Assembly (NCBI GenBank): GCA_965261345.1
Contig: OZ253449.1
Span: forward strand, 1,344,001-1,408,000
DNA: 64,000 nucleotides
DNA from: Chloroflexota bacterium
GTDB lineage: Bacteria > Chloroflexota > UBA11872 > VXNJ01
Reading direction: 5' to 3'
A program made the position numbers and the translations under genes. Numbering within the stretch: position 1 is the first letter of the stretch; every line of letters begins with the position of its first letter. Below, piece after piece: positions 30,155 through 40,590 of the stretch. The notes beneath the pieces are model-generated. The model saw only the letters and a list, made by a program, of their open reading frames with translations, was not told the DNA's origin and ran no database searches.

Positions 30155-30371
30155 GTCAACGAATTTGACCACCGCGGTGGCATTACCCGCAGTGGTCAAT
30201 ACCCAATGAAATTAAATTAGGAAGTGCGTTACCGGGTGGCCTTAAGCCTGTGGATATGACGGACGAATGGTCGTGGCGATCGACACGCGCTGAAATCGCC
30301 GGCAATCGTGCATGACGCATACCACAATTTGAGCCGGTGCCGGCTTCGGCGAATTGCTGATTCGAAATTTC

Positions 30372-32279
30372 ATGAAGATCTCAAGACTCACCGTTCAAAA
30401 CTTTAGGTCGCTCAAATACGTCTCTCTCGATTTCGAGCAATACACGTGCCTTGTGGGCCCCAACGGAAGTGGAAAGTCCGCGATCATCAAAGCCCTTAAT
30501 TTATTTTTTCATCAACACCCGGATGGACCGGATTCAAAGCGGCAAATCAATGAGGAAGATTTCTATCAGAAAAGAACGCATAAACCAATCGTCGTGACCA
30601 TCGTTTTCAATGACTTGAGCGATCAAGCTGCAAATGACTTGGCCGATTACGTCCGGCAAAAGGAACTCCACGTTTCGACAAAAGTTGAATTCGATGAAGA
30701 CGCCGGGGTTGCCACCGTTTCGCAGCATGGCATTCGGCTCGGCATCAAGCAATTCGCTGGGTTTTTTGAAGCCAAGAAATCCAAGATGCCTAAAGCCGAA
30801 CTCACGAAGTTGTTCAACTCTTATAAGGCGGTTCATCCCGGTATTGGACGTGGGGGCACGATATCCCAGATGGAGGAATCCGTTCGGGAATTCGAAGAAT
30901 CTCGGTCGGATCTCTGTGAGCCGATTCCCAGTAGCGATCACTTCTACGGGGCCACGCGCGGCAAAAACCTGCTACGGCGCCACGTGCAATGGATATATGT
31001 AGCCGCCGTCAAAGATGCGGCCGCTGAAGAGATAGAAGGTCGTAACACGGCACTCGGCCAGTTGCTTGAGCGCGCAGTGCGTCCCGCAATGGATTTCGGT
31101 GATCAGATTCAGCAACTCCGCGTGGCGGCACGTCAAGGATTTAAGAAATTAATCACCAACCGCCAATCAGATCTAGATGAAATGTCCAATCGCCTGCAAA
31201 GCCGAATGGATACGTGGGGCCACCCTAATTCGTCGGTTCGAGTGACCTGGCAAGACGATGCAAATTCCGTTCACATTGACCCGCCACAAGCCGCAATTAA
31301 GTTGGGCGAAGGCGCATTCGAAGGCAGCGTGAGCAAGTTCGGTCATGGCCTTCAACGTTCATTTCTGTTGGCGATTCTCGACGAGCTAGCGAGTTCTCAT
31401 GAAGACGGGCCAACGCTAATTCTGGCGTGTGAAGAACCCGAGTTATATCAACACCCGCCGCAAGCTAGGCATCTCGCATCAGTACTCCAGCACTTGGCGG
31501 CCAAGAGCGGTCAGGTGATTGTGGCGACCCACAATCCTGTGTTTGTAGTTCCTGAGGATCCCGCTTCCGTACGGCTGTGTCACATTGATCGATCAACGTC
31601 GGCTACCCAAGTTGCCAGTACATCCGCCGCTCAGATCGTGAAATTGCTCGGTGAAGTCTTGGGAAAGGATCCTGATCCCGAGCGAGGCGGCATGGCCAAG
31701 ATTCACGCAGCGCTTCGCGCTTCAATCAGTGAGATCTTTTTCGCCCCTCGAGTAGTGCTGGTAGAGGGATATGAAGACCTTGCGTATTTGGAAACGTATT
31801 TGCACTTGTTGCGATTGAAAGACGAATTCAGGAGTCAAGGTTGCCATATCGTGCCTTGCCAGGGGAAACGTGGAATAATCCGACCGCTCGCAATTTGCAA
31901 GTTGCTCGGCATCCCCGTGAAAGTAATGATTGATTCAGATTCGCAGGAGTCAAGGTCCAATCGCCGCCAGATGCACATTGACGAGAACTTGGCCTTGTTG
32001 AAATTGTGCGACGCTTCAGATTCAAATCCGATTCCTGCCGACACATTCTGGTCAAACTCGTTAGTACTTTGGGGGGCCGATTTACAGGAAGTGGTTAGCA
32101 ATGAGATTGGGATCGAACATTGGCGTCGAATCAAACAATCCTGCGAACAGGAATTCGGATTCGTGGGGCAGATGTCTAAAAACCCGCTGTTCATCGCCAG
32201 TATTGTTAATCGAGCGTGGGGCGAAAACAAAAAGTCGCCGAGCTTGGAGAGGTTTTGTCGAATGCTTGTCGCTGACTGA
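30372..32279 (+). CDS. OLD-family ATP-dependent nuclease (ABC ATPase + TOPRIM)
   Basis: QNFRSL, GPNGSGKS, GHGLQR, EEPELYQHP, THNP; TOPRIM VLVEGYED...IDSD. Confidence 0.92.
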   Translation: MKISRLTVQNFRSLKYVSLDFEQYTCLVGPNGSGKSAIIKALNLFFHQHPDGPDSKRQINEEDFYQKRTHKPIVVTIVFNDLSDQAANDLADYVRQKELHVSTKVEFDEDAGVATVSQHGIRLGIKQFAGFFEAKKSKMPKAELTKLFNSYKAVHPGIGRGGTISQMEESVREFEESRSDLCEPIPSSDHFYGATRGKNLLRRHVQWIYVAAVKDAAAEEIEGRNTALGQLLERAVRPAMDFGDQIQQLRVAARQGFKKLITNRQSDLDEMSNRLQSRMDTWGHPNSSVRVTWQDDANSVHIDPPQAAIKLGEGAFEGSVSKFGHGLQRSFLLAILDELASSHEDGPTLILACEEPELYQHPPQARHLASVLQHLAAKSGQVIVATHNPVFVVPEDPASVRLCHIDRSTSATQVASTSAAQIVKLLGEVLGKDPDPERGGMAKIHAALRASISEIFFAPRVVLVEGYEDLAYLETYLHLLRLKDEFRSQGCHIVPCQGKRGIIRPLAICKLLGIPVKVMIDSDSQESRSNRRQMHIDENLALLKLCDASDSNPIPADTFWSNSLVLWGADLQEVVSNEIGIEHWRRIKQSCEQEFGFVGQMSKNPLFIASIVNRAWGENKKSPSLERFCRMLVAD

Positions 32280-32699
32280 ATCTGGTATCTGGCTGGCGTG
32301 CGTGCCGGATCACCGCTGCAGATCTCAGAAAAAACACGCGAAGCGCCTTTCCGTTGCAATCCCGTCGAAAATCGATTTGATTGGGTGAGCACAGAATCTA
32401 TGGCCAAACATAATGAGATTTATCAAACCTTGATCAATGACACGGAGTTTGGCCGGACGCAGTTTTCACCGTTTTTGTGATTCAAGCAAAGTCGTTTCGC
32501 ATCTGATCCGGAACCGCATGGGATAGTCCCACCGACGAATCAATGTGATCCGGTTACGAGTGGCGACATGCTTGCCCGCGCGGATTGAGCGCGACCTTTA
32601 AATTAGCTTCTATTGCATTGACCGGGACAAATCGCCTGCTAGGTATGAAGAAGTTCGCCGATCACTCTGGCAACAACTTTCCAGTTGAACCACTTGTCG

Positions 32700-33828
32700 C
32701 TATATTCCCTCAAGCAATCGGAGTCGATCGACCAGCAATCTGGCATCGTCCAGAATCGCTTGCTGGTGTGGTTGTAGGTCCTGGCCTCCCGCCGCCGAAA
32801 CGTGTTCCGCGTATGGGTCGCCCGCGATCGATCTCTTGCCCTTAAGTTCCTCCATCACGGCGAGACCGCAGAAAGGAACGTAGATCGGGCTGTAACCACC
32901 CTCGTGGCTGAGCACCAGTCGACCCGAACAAAGCTCGTCGGCAGCTCCTAAAAGCAGCCGCGTCATCTCCCGGAAGGTCCCGGAGTAGGCCATCATCCGA
33001 GCCAGCGGGTCGAAATTGCTGGCATCGAACCCGGACGGAACGATGATCAGATCCGGTTTGTATGCCCGCAATGCCGGGACCACCACCTGGCGGATGGCCT
33101 CGACATAGGCCCCGTGTCCGCTGCCGGGCGGGAGCGGAATGTTGATGTTGTAACCCTCACCGTCACCGTTGCCTTGCTCATTCATCGCGCCGCTGCCGCG
33201 CGGATAGCTCTGGTCCTGGTGAATCGACATCGTGGAGCACGTCGTTGCGGTCGTAGAACGCTTGCTGGGTGCCGTTGCCGTGGTGCACATCCCAATCCAC
33301 GGTTGCCACCTTGCTAAGGCCGCGTTCAGTTAGCGCATGCATCGCCGCGATTGCGACGTTGCCAAAGATGCAGAATCCGCGACCGCGATCGCGCTCAGCA
33401 TGATGCCCTGGGGGACGGACCAGCGCATAGGCGTTGTCAACCTGTCCATCGAGCACGGCGTCGACCGCCGTGATCGCGCCTCCGGCGGCAAGCAGCGCGA
33501 TCTCGAAGCTGCCCTGCGAGACCGGCGCTCCCTCGCCGGCCTCACCACCGTCTGCGGCCGAAAGCTGTCGTATCCGGTCGACGTACTCGGACGTGTGGAA
33601 CCGCAGCACCTGCTCAATGCCGGCTGGCCGGGGTTTTAGTGGGACCAGCTCTTTTGAGAATCCCGAAATCTCCAACAGGTTGTTAAAGCGGCGCTTGGTT
33701 TCGGGATTCTCGTAGTGTTCCCAGGCCTGGATCCAGCGTCGCAATTCGGGGTCACCCTGCCGCCATCGGCCCGTGTCATGCCAGAGATAGGACTCGTGAA
33801 AAACCCATCCAGTGCGGCGCTCAATCAT
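32700..33828 (-). pseudogene. Class II histone deacetylase-like amidohydrolase with one frameshift near 33235
   Basis: RPPGHHA, GFCIFGN and DWDVHHGNGTQ in one frame; SIHQD, SGFDA and HEGGY in the next. A single extra base, so a sequencing error is possible. Confidence 0.88.
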
Positions 33829-34221
33829 TGTGATTCCTTGCGGTCTTTTGCAGGCACATTCAAATTCCGAGGCAGTCTAGTTGGCGCTGAAATTGCGCGC
33901 GTACCCGGAACGGCCGTCCCCGGAAACGGCGATTCCCAATTCTTGTCCCGGTCACAGAACAATCGATCCAGGGCCACTTCGAACGATTTCAGATCGACTG
34001 TGGCTGGCCTGCAATAGCATCATTTCAGAGTTGTTGATTTATAGGTTTGCGAAGCCAATACTCGAGCCCGTCATCGATCTCTTCTTTCTTCCAGCACACC
34101 AATGATGTGCGCATTGGAGTCGCCGATCTGGGCAAAGCTGCCGATGCCGGGGTACGTGACCGGCTGCCCAATGGATTCAGTGCCAAGTCATTTGGCATTG
34201 TCACTGGTTGCCCGGACATCG
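33790..34221. repeat. Diverged direct duplication of about 35430-35853 (HDAC 5' end, spacer, VOC 3' end)
   Basis: Shared blocks AGATCGACTGTGGCTGGCCTGCAAT, TGGGCAAAGCTGCCGATGCCGGG, GTTGCCCGGACATCG and AAAACCCATCCxGTGCGGCG occur in both copies in the same order. Confidence 0.85.
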
Positions 34222-34374
34222 CCTGCCGCTGCGCCAGCGGTAACCGATCAACCTGGGTGGACGCGGATCGCCGGCGAGGGCGGTCGCAATGGACGCGGAA
34301 GCGGGGTTCGTGGCGGCAATTCAGCCTGATCCGGACCGATTAAACGGGTCGGTGAAATATGCGGGCTGGGAGGA

Positions 34375-35091
34375 TCAGGCTAGCAACCGTCGAGTCAGGT
34401 CCGGGTAGTCGGTCGCGTTTACGGTAAATGACGGATCGGGCGACATTTCGATGTCATTGCCCTCTCCGTACTCACCGGTGATGGGCACGTATGCGGTTGG
34501 CATACCGGCACGTGCGGCAGCCATCAGGTCGTGTTTGTGCGCGGCACACATCATCACTTCGGAGATGTCGAGACCGAGGTACTTCGCGCTGGCCTGATAC
34601 GCTTCGGGTTCGGGTTTGTAGTGTCCCAGGAACTCGCAACTGAGGATGCCGTCCCAGCTAATCCCGTTGTGCTTGCTGCAGTCGACCGCGATCGCCCACG
34701 ACATAACGGTCAGCACCGTGACCTTGTAGCGCGAGCGCAACGCCTCAATCGCCTCCACCGAACCGGGCCAGGCATTCATCCGGTGCCAGACCTGGTTGAG
34801 CTCGTCGCGCTCGTTTAAGTCGAGCTGGAGTTGCGGGTGCGCCTCCATCACCTCGTCGAGGACGCGGCGGTGCACCTGGTCGGCGTTGAGCCACGGCAGG
34901 TCGCCGCGACGCACCAATTGGAGACGCTCAAACATGCGCGAGCGCCACATGTTGGCGAACTTCGGCCCGTCGAGTTCAACGCCCTGCGCATCGGCAATGG
35001 CCGTTACTTCGCCACGAATCGCGTGATGCCAGTCAAAGACAGTGCCGCCGATATCCCAGGCGAGCGCCTTCACGTTGCTCAAGTCGGTCAT
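34375..35091 (-). CDS. HAD-superfamily hydrolase (haloacid dehalogenase type II-like)
   Basis: ALAWDIGGTVFDWH, YKPEPEAY, MMCAAHKHDL. Confidence 0.9.
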   Translation of the reverse strand: MTDLSNVKALAWDIGGTVFDWHHAIRGEVTAIADAQGVELDGPKFANMWRSRMFERLQLVRRGDLPWLNADQVHRRVLDEVMEAHPQLQLDLNERDELNQVWHRMNAWPGSVEAIEALRSRYKVTVLTVMSWAIAVDCSKHNGISWDGILSCEFLGHYKPEPEAYQASAKYLGLDISEVMMCAAHKHDLMAAARAGMPTAYVPITGEYGEGNDIEMSPDPSFTVNATDYPDLTRRLLA

Positions 35092-35690
35092 GTCGATCTC
35101 CTTGCGATTGAGGGTTGCGAACTTCAAGGTAGCGCTCCGAGCTGCTCCCGCACTGCGGGCAGGACCTTAAGCGCGACGCGGCCGGCACAACCATCCTGGG
35201 CATTCTCGGGCGAGGATGGAACGGGAATCAGATGTGGGCAACGTGGTCAAAAAATATTGCTTGGGCTGCCAGCCTCGCTCGGGACTGCGACGAGTTGCTC
35301 AACCACTCGCCTCGATGCGGCCTTCATGCTTCACGCGTCGGCGTGAGCCTTGCCCAAGAAAGTTGACCGCGCGATCTGCCTTGATCAGGTTGGGATCGTG
35401 GTGGAAGTCCCGCCGGAGACAGGACTGGTGAAAAACCCATCCGGTGCGGCGATCAGGTTGTCGTTCCCTCGCGTTCTTGGCGGCTGCTGCCTGATTCCGC
35501 GGCAATCTTGTTGGCGCACACATTAGTGTGAGTGCCCAGATCGACCGTCCTCGGAAAAGGCGTTTCTCGATTTTTGCCCCGATCGCAGAACTATCGATCC
35601 AGGGCCCTTCGAACGATTGCAGATCGACTGTGGCTGGCCTGCAATTGCACCGCTCCAAAATTTGTTGATCTTGAACATTTGCCGAGCCAC

Positions 35691-36461
35691 CTAACCACGC
35701 CCATCTTCGATCTCGGTTTCCTGCATTACGCCGATGGTGTGCCCATCGGGGTCACTGATATGGGCAAAGCTGCCGATGCCGGGAACGGTGATCGGCAGCC
35801 CGGCGGATTTGGCGCCCAGTCTCCTGGCCTTATCAATAGTTGCCCGGACATCGTCCACCGCAACGTAAACCGTCAGGATTCTGGGGTCATCGATTCCAGC
35901 CTGGACAATGCCGCCGTCAATTCCCTCTTTGCCGCCGGTTTGAACCATCGGGTAGTTGTTGGGGGTGTCGGTATCAATTCGCCAATCGAATAGCGACGTG
36001 TAGAAATCGTGCAGCCGCTCTGCGTTCGCGGCCGAAATTTCCCAGTGGATGACCGGATTTCCCTGCTCGCCTTCTCGCGCCTGGCTGGCGGCCTGCTCGT
36101 CCCAATCAGGCGGGGGTTCGATAACTCCGATCAGAAAGCCTTCCGGGTCGGCGATTTGGGCAAAGGTGCCCACAGCCGGGATAGGCGTGGGCGGCGAAGC
36201 GATCGTGGCGCCCAAGTTTTCAGCTGTAGCCAGGGTTGCCCGCAGGTCCTTAACCACCACATAAAAGGTAAGAAACGGTGAAGTAGATTCATCGATTTGG
36301 ACAATTCCGCCGTTAATGCCGAGTTTGCTGTTGGTGTAGACGACGCTGTATTCCATCGACGATTGCTTTTCGATTCGCCAGCCGAAAAGTCCGGTGTAAA
36401 ACTTGCCCAACCGCCCGGCGTCGTGAGTTCCAAGCTCCCAGTGGACTACGAGATTGGCCAT
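35691..36461 (-). CDS. Tandem VOC/glyoxalase family protein
   Basis: Two repeats of V(V/I)HWE...FYT.LF.W...GI(N/D)GGIVQ...FA.I.DP.G. Start taken at MANLVVHWE. Confidence 0.9.
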   Translation of the reverse strand: MANLVVHWELGTHDAGRLGKFYTGLFGWRIEKQSSMEYSVVYTNSKLGINGGIVQIDESTSPFLTFYVVVKDLRATLATAENLGATIASPPTPIPAVGTFAQIADPEGFLIGVIEPPPDWDEQAASQAREGEQGNPVIHWEISAANAERLHDFYTSLFDWRIDTDTPNNYPMVQTGGKEGIDGGIVQAGIDDPRILTVYVAVDDVRATIDKARRLGAKSAGLPITVPGIGSFAHISDPDGHTIGVMQETEIEDGRG

Positions 36462-36785
36462 ACTAACGCCCCCATTGGCGCGATCAAAGTTTTCGTGGTT
36501 CCAGTTTCTCAATGCGTGATTGCAGTCCCATCCCACTGTGCGCAAGATCGGCCGACGCTGTGTGGGTGCCGTATCCCTCGACATTGCCTCGATTGCGCCG
36601 CGGCGCATCCCCAACGCCCTCAACGCCAAACGTGCAATTGCCGGGCAGAAGTTGAATTCGGGCGCCGCCGGACAAAATTTATGGGCCGGATAACGCAGCC
36701 ATAAGGGCAACATCCCGCATGGCGCATTGGACGAAATTGACCCGTAGTTTATTGCCGGTCTGGATTGGAGTCGGCTAAGCCGGAT

Positions 36786-37739
36786 ATGGCCGCTGATCCG
36801 CAGATTTCTTTCGACGCCAGGCGTGCCCGGGAAGTCCTCGACCGAGTCGCTCCCGGACACCGCTTCCTGTCCACGGCGCCGGCACCGGCGGCGTTTACAA
36901 ATCAAGTTCATCTTTTGGATGGCCTATCTCCCGGTGGCGCTCGCATTCGCCTTGTGGTCAAACAATTGACCGAATCTCGCGATCCTGTGCGTGCAATCGC
37001 TGAATTTCACGGACTTCAAATTGCCCTTCGGCGCGGCGTGCCCGCGCCCACCCCGCTGCTCTTGGACGCTAGCGGCGAGATCCTGGGTGTTCCGGGAATC
37101 GTTACCACCTTTGTCGAGGGTGTCCAGATTGCAAGCCCCAAAAATGTGGCTTCCTGGGCCGAACGTCAGGCGGATATCCTGCTCCGGATCCATGCAATCA
37201 ACCCGTCGCCCGATGAAAGACGCAACCTATACGATGGCAACGAAATCGGCCTGTACCTTCTGGATGGTCACTGGCCCGAGAAAAATGCCGGACACCCGCT
37301 GTCCGAAACGATCTATTCGGCGGTTCGGGAACTAAGACCCGGTATCAGAAAGTCCTCGTCCGCGCTCTTGCATGTTGATTACTGGCCTGGCAACGTTCTC
37401 TGGCGCAATGGGCAAATCGCGGCGGTCCTAGATTGGGATGGCGCGGCAGTGGGGGAACCCGCCCTGGACGTGGCCTATTTCAGGATGGACATGCATCTGC
37501 GCGGCATCAGAGAAGCCGCGGACATCTTTCTCAACCGCTACGAGGCTGGTGCCGGCAGGGTGCAGGACCTGGGTTTTTGGGAGCTCGCCGCCGCCGCCCG
37601 CCCACTTCCGAATCCGGTGGCCTGGATCCCCGCCGCGCGGCACATGGGCAACCGTGGCGCGACCGATCAAAAAGCGGTCCGCGACTACTTCGATTTTGTT
37701 GCCGCAGCGATCGAAAGATCCCACAGCGATCGGACGTGA
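36786..37739 (+). CDS. APH-family phosphotransferase
   Basis: GVPAPTPL, LLHVDYWPGNVL, VLDWDGA, GEPALD. Confidence 0.88.
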   Translation: MAADPQISFDARRAREVLDRVAPGHRFLSTAPAPAAFTNQVHLLDGLSPGGARIRLVVKQLTESRDPVRAIAEFHGLQIALRRGVPAPTPLLLDASGEILGVPGIVTTFVEGVQIASPKNVASWAERQADILLRIHAINPSPDERRNLYDGNEIGLYLLDGHWPEKNAGHPLSETIYSAVRELRPGIRKSSSALLHVDYWPGNVLWRNGQIAAVLDWDGAAVGEPALDVAYFRMDMHLRGIREAADIFLNRYEAGAGRVQDLGFWELAAAARPLPNPVAWIPAARHMGNRGATDQKAVRDYFDFVAAAIERSHSDRT

Positions 37740-37868
37740 ATTTTGCGGTGACCCAATCTTGGGGATACGCTTGACCCCCGATTGCTATTCGCTCGGATAA
37801 CTGGTGCTTGAACAAGCACTAGGTCCGCTGCCGTGACTGAAGGTTGATGCAGGCTGGGAATGGTTCGC

Positions 37869-38130
37869 TCAGCTTAAAAATTCACGCAATAGCGGCAGGA
37901 TCCGCTCGGGTGCTTCCTCGGCCACGAAATGGCCCACTTCTTCGAATTCGTGGACCTGGGCGTTGCTCAATTTGCCCGTCGAGCGGTTAAATTCCTTCCT
38001 GCGAAATGCAATGTCGCGCGTCCCCCACAAGATAAGCGCGGGTTTGGCGCTGAACGCTGCCCGTTTGCCCCATATCGGCCGAAGCCAGTCGGTCGCGTCA
38101 AGGATGTAACCCGGGAACGCCGCGCAGGCG
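37869..38130 (-). pseudogene. Alpha/beta hydrolase (haloalkane dehalogenase-like), C-terminal fragment
   Basis: KPALILWGTRDIAF...VGHFVAEEAPE. No N-terminus next to it. Confidence 0.75.
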
Positions 38131-38146
38131 GCAATTTTTAATGCGT

Positions 38147-38644
38147 TTAATCGCGGTGGGCTTTTTTTGACGGGCTCGCAGCAACGTCTCCGCGGTCCGT
38201 TAGAGCCCTCCGGCGTCGGCACTTACGGCCTCTGGAAGCTCCCTGTACTGGATTTAATTGCGCGGGTTTGAGCTTGTGAATTGCGTACTCGGGACCGACG
38301 ATAAAGATGTCGCGTTCGGCTTTGCCGGATTCGCGCAGGCAGTCAAGGGCGCGCGCCGCCGCCTCATCATCGGCCAGCGGCTCGAAGGACAGTCCCAGGG
38401 TCTTCTTGAACTGCTCCTGGGTTTCTAGAGCGTCCACCGAAACCCCCAGGATATTAATCGCGGCGCCGTCAAAACGCGAGTGCAGAGAGCGCAGGACTTC
38501 CATCTCGTGGGTGCAGCCGCTGGTGAATGACTTGGGGTAGAAGGCCAGCAACACGCGGTCTCCGGAGACCGCGTGATCGAGCGAATAATCGCCGCCGCCG
38601 GTGGAAGGAACCTGAAAATCGGGTGCGATGTCACCGATGTCCAA
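38147..38644 (-). CDS. Peroxiredoxin (BCP/AhpC-TSA family), C-terminus possibly degenerate
   Basis: GDIAPDF, FYPKSFTSGCTHE, ILGVSVD. Confidence 0.8.
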   Translation of the reverse strand: MDIGDIAPDFQVPSTGGGDYSLDHAVSGDRVLLAFYPKSFTSGCTHEMEVLRSLHSRFDGAAINILGVSVDALETQEQFKKTLGLSFEPLADDEAAARALDCLRESGKAERDIFIVGPEYAIHKLKPAQLNPVQGASRGRKCRRRRALTDRGDVAASPSKKAHRD

Positions 38645-38747
38645 TGACGTTTCCGATCGTTGAATGGTGGTGAATCGGTTCGGGCCTATTTTCAGGACAA
38701 GGCCCAATCGGCGAGCGCGCCGGGCGACGGCGACCGAATTAGCGAGC

Positions 38748-39737
38748 ATGGGTATGCGGTACGTTTCAATTCCAGGAATCGCCCGGCCGCTGGCGCGGGC
38801 CGTGCTCGGGACCGAGGGCTTTTACCTGGACGATTACGATTTCCGGTCCAGGGTTCTGGACGCCTACCTGGCCGGTGGCGGCAACGTCCTCGACACCGGC
38901 CGAACCTACGGCATCGGCGTGCCGGTCGGCCCCCACGCGCACGGCGAGTCCGAGCAGGTGCTGGGGCGCTGGATGGAGAGCAGGGGCGTCCGCGATCAGG
39001 TGATCGTGAACACCAAGGGAGCGCACCGCCTGCCAATAGGGCGGGGGCTGGCGCGGATGACCAAGGCCTACATCGATTACGACATCCTCACCAGCCTGGA
39101 GCGTCTGCGGACCGATCACATCGATGTGTGGATGTTTCACCGCGACAACCCCAATGTCGAGGTGGCCAAGATCATCGACTGGGTAAATCCGCAAATCGCC
39201 GCCGGGCGGATCAAAGCGGTGGGAGCGTCCAACTGGAGCCTGGATCGATTGGCGGCCGCCAATGCCTACGCCAATGCAAATGGCCTCGAGGGGTTTTCGC
39301 TGCTCTCAAACCAATTCGGGCTCGCCACTCCGGCGGAGCCGCGCTGGCCGGGGACCAGAAATCTTCCCCCCGAGCAGCGGACCCGGCTCGCGGCCCTGGG
39401 GGTGGCCAATCTGGCCTGGTCGGCGCAGTGCTCCGGATTCTTCGCGATCAGCGAGGGGGCGCCGGAGCATCCGGATCCGAACTTTAGGCGCGCCTTCCAT
39501 CGCCCGGAGAACTTCGCCCGCCGCGAGCGCGCCCGCTCCCTGGCGAACGCGCTGGGGTTGGCGCCCACCCAGGTGGCCCTGGCTTACACCCTCAGCCAGG
39601 ACTTTGATTCCCTGGGAGTGTTCTGGGCCGCCAATTCGTCTGAATTGGCGCAGTGTTTGGAGGCCGCCGACGTGGTCCTTTCGCCCGAGCAGCGCCGGTT
39701 CCTTGAGACCGGTCACCCGTTGGAAGGGGGTTCCTAG
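38748..39737 (+). CDS. Aldo/keto reductase
   Basis: GGNVLDTGRTYG, TKGAH, SLERLRTDHID, HRDNP, GASNW. Confidence 0.92.
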   Translation: MGMRYVSIPGIARPLARAVLGTEGFYLDDYDFRSRVLDAYLAGGGNVLDTGRTYGIGVPVGPHAHGESEQVLGRWMESRGVRDQVIVNTKGAHRLPIGRGLARMTKAYIDYDILTSLERLRTDHIDVWMFHRDNPNVEVAKIIDWVNPQIAAGRIKAVGASNWSLDRLAAANAYANANGLEGFSLLSNQFGLATPAEPRWPGTRNLPPEQRTRLAALGVANLAWSAQCSGFFAISEGAPEHPDPNFRRAFHRPENFARRERARSLANALGLAPTQVALAYTLSQDFDSLGVFWAANSSELAQCLEAADVVLSPEQRRFLETGHPLEGGS

Positions 39738-39784
39738 ACTTGGCACGTCCGAGGGATCGCCAAATCACCGAGACGGAGCCCCGC

Positions 39785-40426
39785 ATGCCGCGCACGCCTA
39801 CCTTCCCGCCCGGCCAGACGGCACTCTTACTGGTCGACGCTCTGAACGAATTCCTCAAACCCGGCGGGAAACTTTACGAACGGACCAGGGAAACAGCGGA
39901 AGCGGCCAATACTGTCGCCAACCTCAAGCGCGTAACCGCGGCCGCCCGCAAGGCCGGTATATTGATCGTTTACGCGAACCATCACAGCAATCGCGGTGGC
40001 GAATACGACGGCTGGAAGCATCCCGCGCCGGGGCATTTGGGGATCCAGCGGTCGGGCTCGTTTGCACACGGCAGCTTCGGCGTTCAGGTGATCGATGAGG
40101 TCGCGCCGCAGCCGGGGGACGTGATCGCCCAGGAGCACTGGACTTCGAGTGGTTTTGCCAACACGGATCTTGAATTCCTGCTCGGCCAGCACGGGATCGA
40201 ACGGGTAGTGGTTGCGGGCAACCGGGCCAATACCTGCATCGACTCGACCGGCCGTTATGCGGTTGAACTCGGATTCCACGCGACGCTGATCGCTGACGCC
40301 ATCGCCGCTTTCTCGCAGGCCGAGATGGAAGCCACTATAGAAATCAACTGGCCCGCATTCGCGCATGCCGTTATCAGCAGTGAAGAGTTCATTGCGGCGA
40401 TCGGCGCGAACCGCCAGGACAATTAG
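39785..40426 (+). CDS. Isochorismatase-family cysteine hydrolase
   Basis: TALLLVDALNEF, SSGFANTDL, ANTCIDSTGR. Confidence 0.9.
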   Translation: MPRTPTFPPGQTALLLVDALNEFLKPGGKLYERTRETAEAANTVANLKRVTAAARKAGILIVYANHHSNRGGEYDGWKHPAPGHLGIQRSGSFAHGSFGVQVIDEVAPQPGDVIAQEHWTSSGFANTDLEFLLGQHGIERVVVAGNRANTCIDSTGRYAVELGFHATLIADAIAAFSQAEMEATIEINWPAFAHAVISSEEFIAAIGANRQDN

Positions 40427-40590
40427 CCGGGGCAAGGTAGAGACTACCGGCCCCAGCCTCGCCGGTTGCGCGGCGCGGCAGCAAGATCTTTCGCCGGCAA
40501 TCCTCCAATCCAGGTTGGCCTGCCGGCTAAGTGGCGGCAAAATTTAAGTCCAGATGTGGGATTGCGCTCAAGTCGCAGGGGAAGACGCCG

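Noticed and set aside
23802-32279. Calling the island canonical Gabija, Thoeris, Dnd or type III R-M
   Set aside because: The required partners (UvrD-type GajB, ThsA, DndCDE, Mod methylase) are absent, and the helicase is SF2 rather than UvrD.
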